From Takakia lepidozioides (lineage: Eukaryota; Plantae; Bryophyta), in the NCBI GenBank assembly GCA_030704615.1, contig JAKLZA010000179.1, positions 1-16,000 of the forward strand: a DNA stretch of 16,000 bases, in the 5' to 3' direction. The notes below the pieces were generated by a model that made no database searches, had not been told where the DNA came from, and worked only from the letters and a program-made list of their open reading frames with translations. The position numbers and the translations under genes are program-made. Of the stretch, positions 9,892 through 16,000 are shown one piece after another (the stretch's first letter is position 1; each line of letters starts with the position of its first letter).

Positions 9892-12800
9892 ATGGGAGCT
9901 GGGGAGGGATCGCAGGGGGGCGAGGCAACACAGTCAACTTTGGATACTCCTGCCCGGTGCTGCGCTCACAAGGTGGAAGTGCATCGAGGCAGACGAGTCC
10001 TCATTCAACACCTCAGATATCGCCTCCGAAAAGCCCACCTAGAGTTCGGAAGCCGAGAAAGCAGAAGGAGCCCATGGCTTCGCCAGTAAAACCCCTAGGG
10101 AGACTGGAAGCGGAGGTATTGGGTTTGCAGTCAATTTCAGAAAACACAGATGCGGTGGAGGCCGCTGGAGATGTGGGAGTCGGATCTGCAGAAGGGCGGC
10201 CCATTCAACTGACAGAAGGAGAGGACGATAACGTGGTACGACTTGGCGACGATCAGAACCTGCTGGATCTTGCGGAGGAGCAAAACCTCCAGGACAGTAC
10301 ACAGGCTGGTGAGAGGGTGAGGGAAGTGACAGAGGTGATACAAGTAAGAAACTGGTGGCGGGTATGCTCATGAGCGCACGAGACATGAACATAGCAGCAA
10401 ACAGGTTGCTGGCAGAGACTCATAGCAACATAGGCCGCGTTTTGGGCTCCATGGTGTATCCCGAGAACCTTAAAGTTCCTTTGTGTCGCATGGTAAGCCT
10501 TCCAGTTGTAAGGCAAGCACTGCCAGGGGATATCGATCGACTGAAGCACAACTTCAGAGAAGGGTACAGACGGGGGTCGGCAGCATTCTACGTTTCCATT
10601 GAGAATGACCAGGGTGTCACAAGGGGCCCCACTGCAGAGGAGCTTCAGAATTGGGGCCCCCACTGGCACACTGTTAATGCCGAGTTTGAAGCCTATCTGA
10701 AGACTAATCCCACATTCGCACACATGGAAGGGAAGATGTTCTTCGTTTGGGACGGGAACCACAGGATGCTTGCCTGGACAGAGTACATTGCTGAAATGCA
10801 TCCGCAAGATATCAGTTGGCATTACATGGTGGACTGCATTGTCGTGAAGGTGGACGTCAGGGACAGAGGACTGTTGAAGGGTGCCATGGCGGATATAAAT
10901 CTGTAAGTATACAATTACATCCTTGTGTACTGCCTATTGCGGCGCCGAAATAGGCAATGTTCACCACTGTCATGCACTCTATGAACTGGAAATTGGATTG
11001 CTGTGCCGAAATCATATTTTCATGTTGTTTTTTTTCTCCATGGCAGGGTAACAGAGAGGGCCTTCGTGGAAACTCATCTGGCACATACGCTCTACAGAGT
11101 GCAAGAAGTGGGGACAGCTCCGCTGACGGACTTCCAAAAGTCCCTCGATCCCGAGCTGTACAGGAAGTCCCTAGCGAAAGCAGATCGCACCTGGTACCGA
11201 CCAACACTGGACGCCATGGTGGAGATCCTCTATTCGGTGAGGTTCATCTCAAATTTCAGTATCAATTTAATGTTATTTGTTGCAGGGATCCGTGGCCTGA
11301 CTGTATCTGCTGGGTATGGGAATGCAGACGAACATCAGGGATGACTTGGCCTATGCCAAAAGGCAGTTCTTTGAGAATGATGCCCCCAACAAGGCGGACG
11401 CGTCGATAGAGAGTCATATTGTGCAGGCAGGGAAGCAATCCCGGACCAAGTACAGGTCCAAACTTGTTAAGCAAGTTGCAATCGCTGACCCTGGTCTTGG
11501 TGCCGAGTTCCTGGCGGAGATAGGACTGCATTACTCCAGACCCATGAAACCGGAAATGTCCATGGAGAAACTTCATCACATCGCAGTGTCCTGTGTTGAG
11601 CCGGCGGAGAAGGTAAGCATGTGTTTATTCTTGTTTTGTGACTTCTCGCGATTCTTATGTTGGAGCTCTTGTCTGACCGATGTGAGGTGGCTGCAGACGA
11701 GGTGGCTGCGAATCTGGAACGGCCATACAAACACGAAGCTGCTGTACCACTTTCCCATCGAGCCAACAGACGACAAAATGAACGACTGGCTCAATGTCAT
11801 GACTTGGTGGCATCAGGTATAATTTTCTCCTATTCTGTGTTGGACATCGTCGCAATTTCAAAATCATGAATGTTTTGGAAACCTGCCATGATGCAGGTAC
11901 TGACCCACGCCCAGGAGCAATTGGACTGCAACACCACCACTTTCAAGTTACAGATCGACTGGACGAAGCCTGAGACAATGGAGAACTACGTGCAGTCGTG
12001 GCGAGGGCGCTTCGCAAACCTCTTTTTCAGAGAAATTGCAAAGGCAAGACGCAGCGTATACATCGAAGAGCAGGAGGGTGCCGACAAAGCGGCAATGCGT
12101 GTCCTGTTCAGGTAATCTGCTGACAATGCATCCCCCTATTTGCAGTTTAGATGATTTGGTTAAGCAGCGATGGATATTGCGGCGCCGAAATATACCTCTG
12201 CAAGATGTGAGTTCTGGGTAATTGGGGCACGGTCCACTCCGTATTTCGGTGCCGAAATACCTTGTGCATTGACAACTTCCACTTGCATGATGCATCGGTA
12301 GAATGATTTTTGTTGAACTGCCTCGTGATTGCAGGTACATAAACTTTGCACTCATTCCGTCCGGAGCCATTCAAAGGGTTCCACCATTCTTCCTGGCGTG
12401 GAGGACACCTGGAGGTCGTGGAACGATGTACACAGAAGTAATGGCGAAGGAGTGGCATGCCGAGCATTTGGTAAACTGCCCCTGGTATGTGGATCTCCCA
12501 AGTGGGACCGTTGACCTCTCGGAGGTTAACTTGAAGAAGGAAGCGAATGCCAGGGCTATGAAGGCGCAATCGGATCCCCAACCAGAGGACGCGGAAAGAC
12601 TGAAAGCAGAGGAGGCAGCCAAGCAGAAAGCACTGAGAAAGTCAGCCAAGGCGGCAGCGTTGGCGAAGGAGCAGATGGAGAAGCAGGCAGCTGAGCAGCC
12701 CAAGGACAGGAAGAAAAGAACGCGCAAACAGGGGCAAGAGACGAAGACCCCCACACCCAAGAAGAAGAAGCAGCAACACAGTCAGCCAGATGAGGAGGAT

Positions 12801-14799
12801 TCGGACGACGATTTCCAGCAGGAAAACACCCAGGGGGCCACACCTCGTCCGAAAATTCACAAGGGCCAGCGCTCCGGGGGTCGGCTGCGAAGAGATCACT
12901 ATACGAGGATGCACCTGGCAGACCCTACCGTGCGGTGCAGATTGCGGGCAGGGAAGTCCTCAAAACACCCACAATTGTGGAGTGTGTTAATGAAAATTTC
13001 CTAACTGCTCTGACCAGAAGGCTGGAGATAACGAGTTTGAGGAAGGCGATCGAGGCCCACCAGGGGAAGGGGAAGAGGAAGGCCACTGGCAATGATATGG
13101 AGGACACTCCTGGCTACACAAAGATGATGGAGTATTTTGTGGCGATGAGCCACGGCAAAAAGAGCACAGTCGGGGGCAGGGCGGTGAAAGCCTCCATCGA
13201 CATGATCCTTGTGGATATCCCGGATGGGCAGGAGATACTGGGGCTGGGCTCAGTTCCCTGGTGGAACAAGTACGACGAACGATACTGGAGCCACACATTC
13301 GGGTTCGCAGCCAACATGTTGGACGACGTTGGCTGTGTTGTTGTGCTAGCAGCCGATGGAGAAGTCACTGAGAATGATATCAAAGTATGGACGGGGAGAA
13401 GTGCAGCACCCATCCTGAAAAAGATCTGGACTTGCATCAACACGCAGGGTCTTCTCAACGATGGCCAGAAGGTATGCTGTGGTTCTCCTCTGCTATGTCA
13501 ATTTCTGGGCCAAAATTGCCCCTGTACATGTAGGCCACCTCTGACGTTTTCATTTCCTTCTCTGCAGACTCTTATCTTTCAGGCATTTTGCTTCGTGAAG
13601 GAACATTCGAAATTCAAATTACGTGAAGCAGGAAGACTTGTTGATTCCACAGTTGATCCACTGGAGTATAACGTCCTGTTCAACCATGTGGGAGAGAAGG
13701 ACATTCTTTGTGATTTGTCGGGCAAGCCATGGAGGTATGGCAGGACCAGGAGTCCTGCATTCATCCAGACGCTCATGGAAACGTGTACGGATGTTGAAGG
13801 CAGGGTCCTTGACGTCACTGCAAATACAGGTGAGAACGTTAATTGAATGCGGCACCGAAATTGACACCATTTCCGTTTCTGTATGTTTGCTTGTGCGAGG
13901 AAGCGACTCATTCTTGAGTTTGGCTGTGGTTGTCGTATGAATTCGCAGGTGCCTGTATGTGGGCGGGAAGGATGTCGAACCGATTTGTGTTTCTCATTTG
14001 AGGGGGATACGGCCTTGTACGATTACAATTTGGCGGGCCTTCAGCGTCTGCCTCCGACTGAGGATCCCAAAAACGCAGAAGAGGACGTGGAAGGAGAGGA
14101 GGAAGATGAAGAGGAGGAAGTCCGGGAAATTCGTTCGATGCAGGGGCGCCCGAAGCCGCTTCCCCCAATGCCTGTCTTCGAGTGAGTTGCACCATAGTAA
14201 GTGTATTGGTTTCGGTTGTAGGGACCATGCAACCTGCCGATGATTCCCTGTTTGAATTCTCTAATGTACTTCATTCTATGTTTGTGCGTACACTCAGCCT
14301 TGCAGAGTCGTCCGACGAGGAGAAGCTGGGAGACTTGCTCGAATCGGACCCTGTTGCAGAGGAGGAGACAGAATCGCATCGGCCATTCTTTGCCAGAAAA
14401 TCGTTTCTCGCGAGTCCCCAGAAGCCCTTTTTTCTACCAGCCTATGCAGACACGGCTGCCAAAGAAGCCATCAGGAGGGAGGATAGGCCTACTCGGTTAG
14501 AGCAATTGACATACGGGAATGAGCAGAGAATTATAATGAGGCGTGAGGCCAAACATAGAATTGTGAAAGGCAGAGTAGGGAAGTTCGTAATAGAATCCGC
14601 GTCCGAGAGCGAGGGGAATGTCGAGGACACTTCCGCACCCAGGTGGACAGTTCCGGCTGGTGAGGATGGTATTTTTGAGGGGAGGGCTTCTCAGAGTAAC
14701 AGCGGTAGCGGCAGTGCAGGTTCGGAGGCAGGTGGAAGGCAGCCATCCTTGCATGAGGGCGGGGATGCATCGGACAGTGATAGCGGATCCTCACCATAG
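9892..14799 (+). CDS. Multi-exon ParB/Srx-like + beta-class N4C/N6A DNA-methyltransferase-like fusion protein (~1320 aa)
   Basis: Predicted exons 9892-10902, 11047-11236, 11328-11612, 11697-11816, 11897-12111, 12335-13471, 13568-13829, 13949-14181 and 14298-14799. All introns are GT..AG and phase-compatible. ParB-type FFVWDGNHRMLAW has DGNHR at 10751-10765. MTase motif IV-like SIDMILVDIPDG has DIPD at 13214-13225. It is followed by the motif X/I-like RSPAFIQTLMETCTDVEGRVLDVTANTG|ACMWAGRMSNRFVFSFEGD. The model needs four 1-bp frameshift corrections (~9956, ~10312, ~12934, ~13991). The start codon and last exon are the least certain parts. Confidence 0.75.
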
Positions 14800-15039
14800 C
14801 AAAGTCTCATTTGGATCCTTTTGTTGTACAGTTCTGAAACACTTAATGAATATATTGACGATTTGAAAAATCATTGTGTTCAGACTGCTTGTCCATTCCC
14901 TACATTTCTTCCGCCAACCAAAATCTATAATAAAAGCAGAAGAGACGCAAACTTCAGTGAAGAACCCTACAAGTAATTTATGCACACCATCGACCCGGGA
15001 ACTTGAAGCCATGAAAACCCTGCCGTTTCTAACATTCCT

Positions 15040-15330
15040 ATTGGGAAATTTGGCGCCGAAATAGCCCAGTTTGCGCCTTCGTTATATGGGCCTCAAAAAT
15101 TCCACGGATGAATTACTGCACCAAAATATTGCGATGGAAGCCTTCAGCACAAGGCACTTCACCACATTCCACTTGGGTATTTCGGCGCCGAAATTGCCCG
15201 TTCTGCGCCATTAAATACCGCACTATATCACATTTTAAGAGGTAATTTCGGTGCCGAAATACCCCGGTGGATGTCTTCAAAACACCATTTTAGCACACTG
15301 CTCTTGGGAATAACGGCGCCGAAATTCCTC
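15040..15330. repeat. Right subterminal palindrome array (~65-67 bp period)
   Basis: Cores at 15052, (15117), 15184, 15250 and 15315, e.g. TATTTCGGCGCCGAAATT, AATTTCGGTGCCGAAAT, ATAACGGCGCCGAAATT. Confidence 0.85.
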
Positions 15331-15423
15331 ATTCCGCATCCTGGACCAGGAGAAACAGACCCTATTACCGAGGTAAGAGGACATAACACCGTCAATAAAG
15401 GCAGGAAAATTCCAATTCCGCGG

Positions 15424-15487
15424 ATGTCCGCTCATGAGCTCATAGGCTCATAGGCTCATGGGCTCATGCGCTCATGAAATAGTAAAC
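15424..15487 (-). repeat. Right terminal inverted repeat with GCTCAT(G/A) repeats at ~8-bp period
   Basis: atgtccgctcatgagctcataggctcataggctcatgggctcatgcgctcatgaaatagtaaac; its reverse complement matches the left terminus, with about two extra octamer units. Confidence 0.7.
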
Positions 15488-15490
15488 ATC

Positions 15491-16000
15491 GTGTCATGAC
15501 CCATGGAGGTTATGACCGATCACCAACCCAAAAGGACCTCTGGTGTGTGCTGCTTGTGTCTGTACAGTCAGGTAATGTCGGATTGGTCGGTGAGAATCAC
15601 CACGGTGCAGCTGAGCGAGTAGAGATTGAAACATGGCCTGCTAAGACCAAGTTGATTCTCCCAAGAACCTTGTAAACATCAGGAAGAATACCAAAGCATG
15701 GTACTAACAGGAGCCAAAAGCCCACATTTGTAAGATGGACAAACTTCTTTACATCCTATATTAAGAAAAAGCCACACCTTGGGATTGCGATTGTCCCACT
15801 ATCGTGAAGAAACTCATGGCAGCTCTGCTCTGTGCAGCAAATTCAGGGCCGAGTCTGATGAGAGGGAAAAACAGGCTGAAATAGGTCGAAGAAGAAAGTG
15901 CCCTCACCACATTGTCCTCGACCTTGTGTCATGACCCATGGAGGATTTGACTGACCATGAATCCAAGAGGACCTCTTGTGTCTGCTGCTTGTGTCTGTAG
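15491..16000. repeat. Flanking direct repeat with ~435-bp period (second copy truncated by the window edge)
   Basis: gtgtcatgacccatggagg...aggacctct.gtgt.tgctgcttgtgtctgta occurs at 15491-15565 and again at 15926-16000. Confidence 0.7.

Larger units (their letters stand above)
1870..15487. mobile_element. ~13.6 kb Mutator-like (MULE) DNA transposon with accessory genes
   Basis: Contains a MULE-type DD/E transposase. The ends are imperfect inverted repeats (left GGTTGCTATTCCATGAGCG; right reverse complement GTTTACTATTTCATGAGCG). Both ends share subterminal arrays of the same palindrome. No target-site duplication was found, so the exact termini are uncertain by a few bp. Confidence 0.8.

Noticed and set aside
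13472-13567. In-frame read-through segment VCCGSPLLCQFLGQNCPCTCRPP as a Cys-rich domain
   Set aside because: It is bounded by AAG|GTATGC and a polypyrimidine tract plus CAG, so it is best explained as a 96-bp intron without a stop.
9892-14799. Bacterial contamination or prophage as the source of the ParB-MTase gene
   Set aside because: Eight phase-consistent spliceosomal introns and linkage to a MULE and PPR sequence indicate nuclear eukaryotic DNA.
1855-15500. 8-10 bp target-site duplication
   Set aside because: No matching flanks were found for any plausible terminus pair tried (1867-1875 versus 15482-15490).

Overview
Eukaryotic, land-plant-type DNA (PLS-class PPR repeats, short GT-AG introns; probably a bryophyte, lycophyte or fern, not determinable from this window). 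Bases 1-1450 hold a frameshifted, partly tandem-amplified PLS-PPR sequence on the minus strand. Bases ~1870-15487 form one ~13.6 kb Mutator-like (MULE) DNA transposon bounded by imperfect inverted termini built from TCATGAGC repeats. It carries three genes: (i) a ~1170-aa transposase (minus strand) with a GCM-like Zn domain, a DD/E core with CxxH, an extra Cys domain and a SWIM finger; (ii) a divergent 9-exon, ~1320-aa gene fusing a ParB/Srx-like domain (DGNHR) to a beta-class N4C/N6A DNA-methyltransferase-like domain with a non-canonical catalytic motif (DIPD); (iii) a 183-aa orphan ORF. The non-coding DNA of the element (both subterminal regions, the intergenic region and three introns) carries roughly 35-40 copies of the palindrome ATTTCGGCGCCGAAAT, spaced mostly at whole helical turns (53, ~63, 74 bp). 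The most interesting hypothesis is a self-targeting system in which a ParB-MTase-like protein acts on phased palindrome arrays inside a plant MULE. All domain calls are motif recognition by eye and need HMM or structure confirmation. Seven single-base frameshifts without in-frame stops suggest sequencing error rather than decay.
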